A DNA stretch of 64,000 nt from Verrucomicrobiota bacterium. GTDB taxonomy: Bacteria > Verrucomicrobiota > Verrucomicrobiia > Limisphaerales > UBA11358. Below the pieces are notes generated by a model. The model saw only the letters and a list, made by a program, of their open reading frames with translations. It ran no database searches and was not told the DNA's origin. The translations under genes were made by a program, and so were the position numbers. Positions 1 through 9,719 of the stretch are shown in pieces; positions within the stretch are counted from its first letter, which is position 1; each line of letters begins with the position of its first letter. The stretch is from NCBI GenBank assembly GCA_049510395.1, contig JBEKYY010000013.1, positions 22,332 through 86,331 on the forward strand, read 5' to 3'.

Positions 1-1
1 G

Positions 2-631
2 CCGCTGGTCTATACGCTCCTGGGTGATCCAGCCTCGTTCCTGCAAGCGCTGGGCCTGGGCGTGGAATGGTTGGAGGAAAAACGGGTCGATGCCTGCCTA
101 GTCATTGGAGCCGAGGAAACCAACTGGCTGCGGGCAGACGCGCTGTGGCACCTCGATCATCGGGCCATCATCAGCGGCGGAGCGGGAGCCGTGTGCCTGA
201 GCCTTGACCCTGCATGGTCGGCCGGCGTCGAATTGGAACGGATCACCGCCATCCACACTTACACCGCGATCCGGTCGCAGTCGCAGGCGGCGCTGGCCAT
301 GCGCGCGGAGCTGCCTGCCGGTTCGCCCGAACAACTTCTGTGCGACGGCATCGGCGACAGCCCGCGCACCGACGCCCCGGAAATTGCCGCGTGGCGCGAC
401 TGGTCCGGACCACGCCTCAGTCCGAAGCGGATTCTCGGCGAGGGCCTCATGGCTGCGGGCGCGTGGCAGTGCGTGGCGTCCTGCGACGCCGTGGCCGGTG
501 GCCGCTTTGCGGCAGCCATCGCCAGCCTCGTCGGCTGCAACCAGCACGCCATCGGCGCGCGGTTCGTGCGCGGCGCGCGGGGAATTTCGCATTTGCCCGC
601 TACTCCCCCAACGGGCAGCATCGCGCCATGA
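2..631 (+). CDS. Beta-ketoacyl synthase-like / chain-length-factor protein (5' truncated by window edge)
   Basis: Open frame from the left edge (PLVYTLLGDPASFLQAL...ACLVIGAEE...SGGAGA...PKRILGEG); KS-fold motifs without catalytic His; ATGA overlap with next gene. Confidence 0.7.
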   Translation, partial: PLVYTLLGDPASFLQALGLGVEWLEEKRVDACLVIGAEETNWLRADALWHLDHRAIISGGAGAVCLSLDPAWSAGVELERITAIHTYTAIRSQSQAALAMRAELPAGSPEQLLCDGIGDSPRTDAPEIAAWRDWSGPRLSPKRILGEGLMAAGAWQCVASCDAVAGGRFAAAIASLVGCNQHAIGARFVRGARGISHLPATPPTGSIAP

Positions 632-1359
632 GTTTGAGGGTTGTCTTTGTCACCGGGGCGAACGGCGGTCTGGGCCAGGCCATCGCGCAGGCTTTTCTCG
701 CGGAGTCGCCGGACAACTTCATCTGGCTGGCGGTCCATTCGCGCCGCGAACGCGCGGATGAGATGACGCGAAAGAACCCGGATCGTTGCCGCTGCGTGCC
801 GCTCGACGTGGTTTCCCGCGAATCCTGGCAAAAAGCCGTCGGGGAAATCCTGGGCGTTCACGCGCGGCTCGATGTGCTGGTGAACAACGCCGGCATCCAC
901 GAGGATGCGTTGCTCGGCACCATGCCGGTGGTCGCCTGGGATCGTGTGCTGGCAACGAACCTCGACAGTGTTTTTCACGGCTGCCAGGCCGTGCTCCCGG
1001 CGATGATCAGCCAGCACTCCGGCCGCATCGTGAACATCGCTTCCTTGAGCGCGCTGCTGGCGCCGGCGGGCCAGACCAACTATGCCGCCGCCAAGGCCGG
1101 CGTGCTCGCGTTCACGCAATCGCTCGCCAAGGAAGTGGCCCGCATTGGCATCACTGTGAATGCGGTCTGCCCCGGTTACATCGAGACGGAGGCATTGGCG
1201 CGGATGGACGAGAACGAACGCAAAACCATGCAGACTCGCGTGCCCATGCGCCGTCTGGGCCGGCCGGAGGAAGTCGCGGCGGCGGTGCGTTTTCTGGCTT
1301 GCTTGGAAGCCGGCTACATCACAGGCTCAATGCTGAAAGTGGACGGCGGAATTTTGTAA
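628..1359 (+). CDS. fabG: 3-oxoacyl-ACP reductase (SDR)
   Basis: TGANGGLG, NNAG, YAAAK, VCPGYIET motifs; ATG at 628. Confidence 0.9.
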   Translation: MSLRVVFVTGANGGLGQAIAQAFLAESPDNFIWLAVHSRRERADEMTRKNPDRCRCVPLDVVSRESWQKAVGEILGVHARLDVLVNNAGIHEDALLGTMPVVAWDRVLATNLDSVFHGCQAVLPAMISQHSGRIVNIASLSALLAPAGQTNYAAAKAGVLAFTQSLAKEVARIGITVNAVCPGYIETEALARMDENERKTMQTRVPMRRLGRPEEVAAAVRFLACLEAGYITGSMLKVDGGIL

Positions 1360-1649
1360 TGAACAGCACAGCAACGCTTGCACAGGACATCAAGCAGATG
1401 ATGGTCGAAAATCTCATGCTGCAAATCACCGCGGACGAAATCGGCGATGAACAGGCTTTGTTCGGCCCCGGCAGCCTCGGTTTGGACTCCGTGGATGCCC
1501 TCCAGTTGGTCGTGGCCCTGGACAAGAAATACGGGCTGAAGATTCCCGATCCCGACACCGCGCGCCAGGTGCTTCAAAGCGTGAAAACGATGACCGACTC
1601 CGTGGCCGCGCACCTTAACCCCTCGTTTTCGCAGCCAAACCACAACTGA
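1359..1649 (+). CDS. Acyl carrier protein
   Basis: LGLDSVDALQL phosphopantetheine motif; TAATG coupling to fabG. Confidence 0.92.
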   Translation: MNSTATLAQDIKQMMVENLMLQITADEIGDEQALFGPGSLGLDSVDALQLVVALDKKYGLKIPDPDTARQVLQSVKTMTDSVAAHLNPSFSQPNHN

Positions 1650-1650
1650 C
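1570..1650 (+). repeat. Direct repeat copy 1 (3' end of ACP gene), partner at 2414-2494
   Basis: 81 bp, 7 mismatches, 43-bp identical core tccgtggccgcgcaccttaacccctcgttttcgcagccaaacc. Confidence 0.95.
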
Positions 1651-1675
1651 AAACAATACAAACTCATAGGAACTC

Positions 1676-2332
1676 ATGAAAAAAATCAAGTTCCTCGAGA
1701 GAACATCGTTACTTGTCTCTGCATTTGTCGCTGGCGTACTTCTCACCGGATGCGCCACGAGCAAAACCGAGCAGACGGCGGTTGACGCGTCCGCCAATCA
1801 GATTCCCAATACGGATCACATCGTCCGACTCTCGAAGGATCAACGCATCACCCAACCGCTGCCGGACAAGGTGCTGGTAAATTTTCACCGCGTGTCGTGG
1901 TACAGCCCAACGCACCGGTATGCCATCTTCAATGGTGAAGGCCTGTTCATCTGCGACCTGCCCGCGAGTGCCGGCTTCCAATATGTGTGCGATCCCGGTC
2001 AGCAGGTTTTCATCGGTTGGGCCTTCGGCGTGTCCGTGGTTCAGGCCGATCTCGCACCCGGCAAGGTGTACGACATCATGGTGGATCCCGGTTGGGGTGG
2101 GATGATTGCCGGCGCACAAATCCGTCTCCATCCCCTGACTAGGAACGACAGACGCCGCGCCAACCTCGCAGAGTATGAGGAACGGGAAGACCTCGTTTCA
2201 CAAATCCGTACCCGCCATGTGGTTGACTTTGAGAACCGCGAACGGGCGCATGTAGAGGACATCAAGCGTGATTTCCTGGGCGGCAAGAAAACAAGACAGG
2301 TTCAGCACCTGGGGACGGAGGATTGCCGATAA
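1676..2332 (+). CDS. Lipoprotein, DUF2846-like
   Basis: Lipobox LLTGC; similar to 3275-3949 in core and C-terminus (QHLGTEDCR vs QHLASDDHR). Confidence 0.7.
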   Translation: MKKIKFLERTSLLVSAFVAGVLLTGCATSKTEQTAVDASANQIPNTDHIVRLSKDQRITQPLPDKVLVNFHRVSWYSPTHRYAIFNGEGLFICDLPASAGFQYVCDPGQQVFIGWAFGVSVVQADLAPGKVYDIMVDPGWGGMIAGAQIRLHPLTRNDRRRANLAEYEEREDLVSQIRTRHVVDFENRERAHVEDIKRDFLGGKKTRQVQHLGTEDCR

Positions 2333-2413
2333 GAGGATTTGCTCTGTTCGCGGACTGTGGCCCAAAACTCTTGCTCGAACCAGAGTCATATACTACAATG
2401 CTCTCATATTAGC

Positions 2414-2494
2414 TGCTTCAAAACGTGAAAACTATGACCGAATCCGTGGCCGCGCACCTTAACCCCTCGTTTTCGCAGCCAAACCGCAGTTAAC
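2414..2494 (+). repeat. Direct repeat copy 2: orphan duplicate of ACP 3' end
   Basis: Encodes LQNVKTMTESVAAHLNPSFSQPNRS* vs LQSVKTMTDSVAAHLNPSFSQPNHN*. Confidence 0.95.
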
Positions 2495-2521
2495 GAATCC
2501 AACAAACATTAAAAAAACATC

Positions 2522-3175
2522 ATGAAAACCATCCTCAAATCCATCGGGTTGATCGCCGTGCTCGTCACCGCCATCGCGCTCTTGGGCGGCACGGTTGCCC
2601 GGGGTCAGGACACGAACACCCTCACCAAGGCGGAAAAAAAGAAGGCCGCCAAGGAAGCCAAGCAGGCCGCCAAGGAAGCCAAGGCCGCCAAGGGTCGCAA
2701 CTATGCCGCCAATCCGACCAAGGTGAAATTTGGCGAATTCAAGGCCGTTGAAGTCAAAGCTACAGAAATCACAGAAAAACAATACCAAAAGCCGGGTAAC
2801 GAAAAATCCGCCGCAAAGATTGACGAGATGCTCCAGACGCAGTTGAAATATATTTTCCCCAACCTCAAGGTGATTCCGGCCGGCGGTGAATTTTCCAAGG
2901 GCAAGGAACGGACGCTGCAAATAACTCCGTCCATCACGCTGATTCGCATTGTTTCCACCGGTTCCCGCGTCTGGCTCGGCGCCATGGCGGGCGGCTCGGA
3001 TCTGGTCATGCACGTTGATTACCGGGACAGTTCGACCGGGGAAATCATCGCCAATCCGGACTTCTGGAAGGGCAACAACGCCTGGGCGGGTGGTTGGTCC
3101 GTGGGCGCCGCCGACAACCAGATTCGTGACGCGACCGTGTCACAGATCGTAGCCTACACGAGCGGCAACAAATAG
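2522..3175 (+). CDS. Secreted protein, DUF4410-like
   Basis: Signal peptide, Lys/Ala-rich linker, RVWLGAMAGGS...DSSTGEII pattern. Confidence 0.65.
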   Translation: MKTILKSIGLIAVLVTAIALLGGTVARGQDTNTLTKAEKKKAAKEAKQAAKEAKAAKGRNYAANPTKVKFGEFKAVEVKATEITEKQYQKPGNEKSAAKIDEMLQTQLKYIFPNLKVIPAGGEFSKGKERTLQITPSITLIRIVSTGSRVWLGAMAGGSDLVMHVDYRDSSTGEIIANPDFWKGNNAWAGGWSVGAADNQIRDATVSQIVAYTSGNK

Positions 3176-3274
3176 GAATTCCCTTCGAAGTTTGCCGACA
3201 GGAAATCGGGCCGGGCACCAAACAGAAAGGCGGTCCGTGGGTCGGACTGTAAATTCAAACGAAAGGTCATCACA

Positions 3275-3949
3275 ATGAAACATCAGAATAAAATAATTAG
3301 TTTACTGGGGTGTGGAGCATTGCTCCTGGCCGCCCTGTTTCTCAGCGGCTGTGCTTCTGCCACCCGTGTCAGCAAGTATAACACTGCCTCGTCAGGCCCC
3401 CCGTCATCACCACCAACTGGTAAGGCGCTGGTATGCATTCATCGTCCAAAAGGATTTGTTGGCGGCAAAATGTATGCACCGGTTTGGGTTGACACGCGGT
3501 TCATCGCCAGTCTTGGTAATGGCCATTCGGTTGCCTGTGTTTGCGAACCGGGCAAGCATTACTTCATGAGTTTCTCGGCTGAAATAACCGCGTGTATTGA
3601 AGCGGAATTACTCGCAGATCAAACCTATGACCTTTGGATCGATCGTTATATGGGAACGTTTGTCAATAGCTTCAAAATCAAGCCGCTTCATCAGGATGAC
3701 AAGACGCGGAAGCTGGTCGCAGAATGGACCAAGCAGAATCGTTGGATCGAGCCTGCTGCATCGGCGACGGATTATGAGCATGTTAAGCTGGAAAACATGG
3801 GCCAAAGCATATGGCAATCCGGGGGATTAGGCGCTGTGTACGCATCGCAGCCAGTCAGCCAGGAAAAAATCCTGCAATTGCATCAGGAATTCACCTCTGG
3901 AAAACGGCAGGACAAACTTCAGCACCTTGCTTCAGACGATCACCGCTGA
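3275..3949 (+). CDS. Lipoprotein, DUF2846-like
   Basis: Lipobox LSGC; KALVCIHRP...EPGKHYF...AELLADQTY; RBS-like GAAAGG upstream. Confidence 0.72.
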   Translation: MKHQNKIISLLGCGALLLAALFLSGCASATRVSKYNTASSGPPSSPPTGKALVCIHRPKGFVGGKMYAPVWVDTRFIASLGNGHSVACVCEPGKHYFMSFSAEITACIEAELLADQTYDLWIDRYMGTFVNSFKIKPLHQDDKTRKLVAEWTKQNRWIEPAASATDYEHVKLENMGQSIWQSGGLGAVYASQPVSQEKILQLHQEFTSGKRQDKLQHLASDDHR

Positions 3950-3963
3950 AATGACCATGCGGT

Positions 3964-6900
3964 TCAGCGGACCGGCCTGGTCGCGATCACGAGGGCGTTT
4001 GAACCCAGCCCCGCGTCCTTCCTGATTTCAATCTGCTCAAAACCCGCCTCGCGCAGCAACGCGAGATGGGTTTTCTCGTTTTCAAAATGCAGTCCGTGAC
4101 GGGTTTTGTTCTGGCCGAAACGCACCGCCCATTTCTCCGACCAGGCCACGCGGTTGTGCCGCGAAGTTTCTTCCGCGCAGGCGTCGCGCACGATGAGACA
4201 ACCGCCGGGGCGCAACGCCTGAAAGACCTTGCGCAGCACCTCCGCCTTCAACTCGCGCGGGAAGTAGTGCAGCACATCGCATAGCAGCACACAGTCGCAG
4301 GCGGGATATTCGGGCCATTCCAAAATATCGCGCTGCTCGAAGGCCACGCCCGGGTTGAAGCGGGCGGTCGCCTGTGCAACCCGGATTTTGTCCGCGTCAA
4401 AATCCACCCCCGACACGGTGCGTTCCGGCTCGAAGAGCGTGAGCCAGTGCGCCATGATGCCATAGCCGCAACCTAAATCGAGAATCCTCGCCTGTTGCGG
4501 CACCGCGTCCTCGACAGCTTTGAAGAGCGGATCGGTTTTCATTTTCCAAAAAACAAACTGCGTCACGTAGGGCCCTTGATAGCGATAAAGCCTGCTGACT
4601 TCGTTGCGTTTCGATGAAAGGCTGGGGATTCCTGGAGCAGCGGATGTGAGTCCGCTCATTTTCTCTTTCGAAGAAGTCAGAGCCGACTCGCGTCGGCTGT
4701 TACCACAAGAAGAACGCGTCCCTATCCAGCGCATGCACGGCGGCACAAGAAACAGTGTGGCCAGCAAACTGAAACTGATGCCCAGCAGTGCCGTCAGACC
4801 CACGGAGAAGAGCGCCGGATGCCGCGCCAGTACCAGCACGCCCACGCCGAACAGCGTGGTGAGCGCGCAAATGGTCACCGCGCCGCCGGTGGAGGCCGTC
4901 CGCTTCGTGTAACCGCGCAACGGTTCCAGTTCGGCCATGACCATGAACAGGCTGTAATCCCCCCCGACGCCAACGACAAAAATCACGAAGATGAAGTTGG
5001 ACATGTCAATGGGCAGGCCCAGAAGTCCGAGCGTGCCCAGCGCCCAGAACACGCCCGCCGCCATCGGCAGCAGCGTGATCAACACCAGTTCCAGCCGCCC
5101 CAGCAGCAGAAACAGCAGCAACGCGTTCAACACCGCCACCAGCACGCCAAAGACGGGCAGCGCGCTTTTTGCGATGCGGGCAATTTGATCCGTCAACGCC
5201 GCCTTGTTCAAGAGCAATGCCCCCGGCATTTCCTTCAGCACGGCCTCGCGCAACCGCAGGAAACTCTGACGATCGGACGCCTTGACGAGCGTGCAAATGG
5301 AAACGCTCCCATCCCGCTCACTCCAGTAATCACTCAGCAACCGGTCCAAAGACGAGGCGGCCCCGGCCAGCGAATCGGGCGGCGGGGCAGTGGCTGCCAG
5401 CCGTTCCAGAAACGGATTAAACGCGTTCGCACGAAAACCCAGGCTGCCCGCCACGCTCGCCAGCGAATGGTCCAGGTCACCGCGACGTTCCTCCGTCCAA
5501 AACGCCCGCCAGTCGCGGAAATTGCTCCGGCGCGTTTGTTCGGACGGAAACAGCGGCGCAATCGAGGAGAACGAATCAATGGCCCGCTGTTCCTGCAAGG
5601 TCCGCAGCACCGCGCAGACCTGTTCGTTCTTTTGCAACGCCTCTTCCCGGCTGGCGCCCGTCACCACCACCGTTGTCAGCGAAAGAGCTTTCCCCCAAAC
5701 CGCGCGCACCAGATCGTCGTCGCGTCGCGTCTCCGCGGTCACGCCGTTGAGCCGCGCGAGGTCGCCCTCGAACCGCAACCGCACCACGCCCGCCACGCAC
5801 AAGCCGGAAAACAGCAGCAGCAACGGCAACACCACCCGCGCGCGGTGATCGCGCCAGTCAAACAAACGCTGCATGACCGTCGTCAGCGGCAGCCTCCGGC
5901 CACCGCCCGCCGCGCCCACGGGAATGAACAGCGGCAACACCACCAGCGCAAACACCGCCGCCAGCCCCACCCCCACCGCGCCGAACAATCCCAGTTGCCG
6001 ATGCCCTGACACCGGCGAGAAGAACATGGCGAAAAAGGCGGCCATGGTCGTCAACGCGCCGAAAGTGAGCGTCGGCGCCAGTTGCGCCACGGCCTGCGCC
6101 AGTTGGAGCCGGGTGGCGGGCGGCGAATCGTCCATGTGATAGAGCACGTAGATGCCGTAATCCACCGTGACACCAATCAGGATGCTGCCACAGCCGATGG
6201 CGATGGCCGACACCACGTCACCGGTGAAATGAAATGCCAGCAACGCACCGAGCACCCCGAAGACCGTGGGTGCCAGCCCCAACAACGCCAGCCAGCGCCG
6301 GCGGTAAGCCGCGCACATCAACAACGCCACGGCAACGGTTGCAATGACACTCGTGCGCGTGGTGTCTTCGCGAATCATCGTCGCGTTATCCAGCGCCACG
6401 CGATGGGCGCCGGTGATGGCGATGCGCACCGAGCCGGCCGGAAACTGCGTTTCAACCCTCCGCGCTGCGCTCAGCACCGAGCTCATCAGCGACGCGCTTT
6501 GACGGAGTTCGGACGGGCGAAAACCCGGCACGGCGCTGATGAGAATATGGCGGCCGTCCGCGCTGGTGATGCGCCCGGCCACGATGTACGCGTCGCCGAT
6601 GCCCGCCTGCAACGCGCGCAAACGCAGCGACACCACATCGCCCAAACCCGCCGGATCGGTTTGCGCCACTTCCTTGAGCATCAGTCCTTGCGGCTGGCTC
6701 ATGGTTTTTTTCATCCAGGCCAGCCGTTGTTCCAGCGCGGGGGTTTGCAGGCGGCCTTCGAGTTCGTGCAGTTCATTCGAGTTGAGCAACACCGGAAGTT
6801 GCGCCTGCAGTTGCTCGAACATTTCCTGCATGTCCATCGCCTCGATGTTGTAGCGGAAGCCGCTTAGCTCCGGAATCTCCCGCAACGCGGCGTGCATCTG

Positions 6901-8406
6901 ATCGGCCGCCTGCGTCAGCCGCTCCGGCTCCAGGGCCGTCGTCTGGACATCCACGAAAAGCCGGTCGGCCTGGCGGACGTGCTTCAACGCTTCCACCTGT
7001 TCCGCGATGGCCGGAACGGACATCGGCAGCATGTCGGTGAAATCCTCGTTCAACTTCAAGCGTCGGCTCAACAACGCCGAGCTGGCGGCGAACAGCACCA
7101 TCAACAACAGCACGGCCACGCGGTGCCGCGCGAGAAACAGGTGCAGGCGAACGAGCGGGCCAGACATGGTTTGCATCCCCTGTCCCGCTGCCGACGATTC
7201 CTTCATTGCTGCCGGCTGGCCCCGCCAGATTCTGGCCACGAGATAAGCGGCCAGTGTTCCCAGCGCGCCCACCAGCACGGCGAGCACCACGCTGCCAACA
7301 AACCATTCGCCAATGTACACAGGGATTTGCCGGGCCGCGTCCTTCGGCGAAAGCTCGATGAGCAACCCCGTGTGCAAGTAGTGGCCGAGCACCAGCCCCG
7401 CCGCCAGGATGAAAGGCGCAGCCAGCGGAAAGGAAATGTTGCTGGCACTCAAGGCGATGGCTTTGTTGAGCCGAAGCCGGTGCGCCAGCAATGCCGCCAC
7501 GACCATCTGCCAGCCCCAGATTGGCGCAATGCCGCAAAACAAACCCAGCCCCACCGCCGCCGCCAGGCGGCCCGGCGTCTGCGTATGTTCCGAAAACAAG
7601 TGGTGCAGCACCGTGCGCACGCGCTGGCGTTTCGGCAGATCGCGCAGTTCGCCGCGGACCATCACCCGGCGCAACAACGCCGGCGTGCAGAAGGCCAGCA
7701 TCGCCAGCCGCGAGTGGGCGCGTGAAATCTGGACGGTGTCCCGCCACGGCTGAAAGTGCGACAACTTTGAAGTCGGGGCCCGGTAATCGCTCGTGACCGG
7801 CAGCGCCACCAGCGGCATGCCCGCCCACGCGGCCAGCACCATCACTTCCAGTTCGTAGGCGTAACGCTTCGCCTTCACGTGCAAACGCTCCAGCGCCTTG
7901 AGCGGATAACACCGGTAGCCACATTGCGTGTCGGCGAGCACCACGCCCGTTTCAAAACGAAACCAGAAAGTGGAGAACGCATTGGAAAGCCGGCGTTCGC
8001 GCGGCGCTCCTTCTTTCTTCAAATCGCGCACACCGATGATGAACGCCTCCGGTTCGCTCCGGCACGCCGCAGCGAACGCGTCCAGTTCCGCCGTCGAATG
8101 CTGGCCGTCGGCGTCAATCGTTATCGCATGGGTGAACCCCAGCTCCCGCGCCCGGTCGAAACCCGCGCACAGCGCCGCCGCCTTGCCCTGGTTGAACGGG
8201 AGCGTGATCACCGTGATGCCGGTTTCCGCCGCCAGGATGGTTGGCGTCTCATCCGTTGAACCGTCGTTCACCACGATGACGGGGAATCGGGATTTTGCCT
8301 CGCGCACGACCTGCTGAACGGTGTGGCTGTGATTGAAGACCGGAACCACAACGCAGAGGCGCGGGGCGGACGGCGATTGAATGTCGGTTGTCGCTTGCGG
8401 GGTCAA
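3964..8406 (-). CDS. Four-domain fusion: GT2 glycosyltransferase - DUF2062 - MMPL exporter - class I SAM methyltransferase
   Basis: VVPVFN/VNDGSTD/DADGQH/DTQCGYR (GT2); AAAVGLGLFCGIAP (DUF2062); GVTVDYGI and GVGGDYSLF (MMPL); LDLGCGYG (MTase). Confidence 0.85.
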   Translation of the reverse strand: MTPQATTDIQSPSAPRLCVVVPVFNHSHTVQQVVREAKSRFPVIVVNDGSTDETPTILAAETGITVITLPFNQGKAAALCAGFDRARELGFTHAITIDADGQHSTAELDAFAAACRSEPEAFIIGVRDLKKEGAPRERRLSNAFSTFWFRFETGVVLADTQCGYRCYPLKALERLHVKAKRYAYELEVMVLAAWAGMPLVALPVTSDYRAPTSKLSHFQPWRDTVQISRAHSRLAMLAFCTPALLRRVMVRGELRDLPKRQRVRTVLHHLFSEHTQTPGRLAAAVGLGLFCGIAPIWGWQMVVAALLAHRLRLNKAIALSASNISFPLAAPFILAAGLVLGHYLHTGLLIELSPKDAARQIPVYIGEWFVGSVVLAVLVGALGTLAAYLVARIWRGQPAAMKESSAAGQGMQTMSGPLVRLHLFLARHRVAVLLLMVLFAASSALLSRRLKLNEDFTDMLPMSVPAIAEQVEALKHVRQADRLFVDVQTTALEPERLTQAADQMHAALREIPELSGFRYNIEAMDMQEMFEQLQAQLPVLLNSNELHELEGRLQTPALEQRLAWMKKTMSQPQGLMLKEVAQTDPAGLGDVVSLRLRALQAGIGDAYIVAGRITSADGRHILISAVPGFRPSELRQSASLMSSVLSAARRVETQFPAGSVRIAITGAHRVALDNATMIREDTTRTSVIATVAVALLMCAAYRRRWLALLGLAPTVFGVLGALLAFHFTGDVVSAIAIGCGSILIGVTVDYGIYVLYHMDDSPPATRLQLAQAVAQLAPTLTFGALTTMAAFFAMFFSPVSGHRQLGLFGAVGVGLAAVFALVVLPLFIPVGAAGGGRRLPLTTVMQRLFDWRDHRARVVLPLLLLFSGLCVAGVVRLRFEGDLARLNGVTAETRRDDDLVRAVWGKALSLTTVVVTGASREEALQKNEQVCAVLRTLQEQRAIDSFSSIAPLFPSEQTRRSNFRDWRAFWTEERRGDLDHSLASVAGSLGFRANAFNPFLERLAATAPPPDSLAGAASSLDRLLSDYWSERDGSVSICTLVKASDRQSFLRLREAVLKEMPGALLLNKAALTDQIARIAKSALPVFGVLVAVLNALLLFLLLGRLELVLITLLPMAAGVFWALGTLGLLGLPIDMSNFIFVIFVVGVGGDYSLFMVMAELEPLRGYTKRTASTGGAVTICALTTLFGVGVLVLARHPALFSVGLTALLGISFSLLATLFLVPPCMRWIGTRSSCGNSRRESALTSSKEKMSGLTSAAPGIPSLSSKRNEVSRLYRYQGPYVTQFVFWKMKTDPLFKAVEDAVPQQARILDLGCGYGIMAHWLTLFEPERTVSGVDFDADKIRVAQATARFNPGVAFEQRDILEWPEYPACDCVLLCDVLHYFPRELKAEVLRKVFQALRPGGCLIVRDACAEETSRHNRVAWSEKWAVRFGQNKTRHGLHFENEKTHLALLREAGFEQIEIRKDAGLGSNALVIATRPVR
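4633..4706. repeat. Double-hairpin REP-like element inside the MMPL-MTase linker
   Basis: Hairpins agcggatgtgagtccgct and agccgactcgcgtcggct; read in frame as GNSRRESALTSSKEKMSGLTSAAP. Confidence 0.7.
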
Positions 8407-9719
8407 GCGCCGGCCTTCCCATTTTCGCGCAGGTCCACGAAGAAGCGCCGCTTCCGTGTGCCTTCGGGCATCTGGAGCGACTCAATCTCGGCTGGCGCCG
8501 CGAGCGTCAGTTCCGGCGCCACTTTCGCCGCTCCCTGGAATTGCTCCCGCAGCCTGCCCAGGGTCGTCTTCGCCGTCCCGGCGCAGGCGAGCCGCACTTC
8601 GACCAGGTCGGAGTTGTCTTCGCCGCGCCGCGCGATGATGACGTAAGACTGAACTTCCGGCGCGGCATCCAGCACGGCTTTCAGTGTCGAGGGAAAAATC
8701 GTCGTGCCCTTGAACTTCAGCTTCTGGCCCTTGCGGCCAACAATGGGGCCGATGCGCAACGTTCGGCGTCCGCAGCCGCACGGCTCGCGGAAAATTGCGG
8801 CGCAGTCGCCGGTGCGGTAACGAATCAGCGGCATGGCTTCGACGCCGAAGGTCGTGGCGGTGAGTTCGCCAACCTGTCCATCCGGCACCGGCTGGCCGGA
8901 ATCATCGAGCGCTTCCACGTGCAGCAATTCCGGGTGCAGATGTCCGCCGCGACCGGCTTCGCACTCGCAGAGTGACGCGGCCAGTTCCGTGTTGCCGTAG
9001 GTGGAGAACACGCGGGCGTTCCACCGGCGCTCGAGGAGTTCGCCGGCGCGATTGAGCGACCAGTCCGGCTGGCGAATCGGTTCGCCGATGCAGATGAGCT
9101 TGCGCACGCCAAAGCCGGCCAGGTTGAGTCCGGCTTCCGCCGCCTTGTCCGCCAGCAGGCCGAGGAACGACGGCACGCCCACGACGGCGGTCGCGCGGGT
9201 GCGTTGCAGCAGTTCCAGGTGCATCACCGGCGTCGCCGACCCCACGCGCACGATGGAGCAGCCCAGCATCCGCAGTCCCATAAAGTAAGCCATGCCGGCG
9301 ATGAAACAACGATCCAGCGTGACCGCCAGCACCACGGTGTCGGACGCGGTGAGGCCGGCGCAGCGGAACGAGTGATATTCGTTGAGCGCCAGCCGCTGCA
9401 TATCCGAATCGGTCAGCATATAAACCATCGGCTGGCCCATGGAACCGCTCGTGGTGACAATGTCCACCACCTGCTCCTGCGGCACGCAGAGGAACGCTTC
9501 GGTATTCCTGGACAACACCTCCTTGCCGATGGCGGGAATCTCACCAATCCGTTCAAACGGGACCGGTTTCTTTGGGGAGAGGCCGGCACGGCGGAAGTGT
9601 TCGCGGTAAAAGGGTGAGTGCGCGAAGGCATGACGGAAAGTCCGGCTCCATGCCTTTTGCTGGATGGCGGCAATTTGCTTGCTGGTGAGCAGGTCTTCGG
9701 GAAACGGCCTCATGCGCAT
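8403..9719 (-). CDS. Phenylacetate-CoA ligase family aryl-CoA/AMP ligase
   Basis: TTSGSMGQP, STYGNTE, MPLIRYRTGD, CGCGR, KFKGTTIFPS motifs. Confidence 0.88.
   Translation of the reverse strand: MRMRPFPEDLLTSKQIAAIQQKAWSRTFRHAFAHSPFYREHFRRAGLSPKKPVPFERIGEIPAIGKEVLSRNTEAFLCVPQEQVVDIVTTSGSMGQPMVYMLTDSDMQRLALNEYHSFRCAGLTASDTVVLAVTLDRCFIAGMAYFMGLRMLGCSIVRVGSATPVMHLELLQRTRATAVVGVPSFLGLLADKAAEAGLNLAGFGVRKLICIGEPIRQPDWSLNRAGELLERRWNARVFSTYGNTELAASLCECEAGRGGHLHPELLHVEALDDSGQPVPDGQVGELTATTFGVEAMPLIRYRTGDCAAIFREPCGCGRRTLRIGPIVGRKGQKLKFKGTTIFPSTLKAVLDAAPEVQSYVIIARRGEDNSDLVEVRLACAGTAKTTLGRLREQFQGAAKVAPELTLAAPAEIESLQMPEGTRKRRFFVDLRENGKAGA

Noticed and set aside
2640-2695. 21-bp tandem repeat (KAAKEAK)
   Set aside because: Ordinary low-complexity linker within a secreted protein
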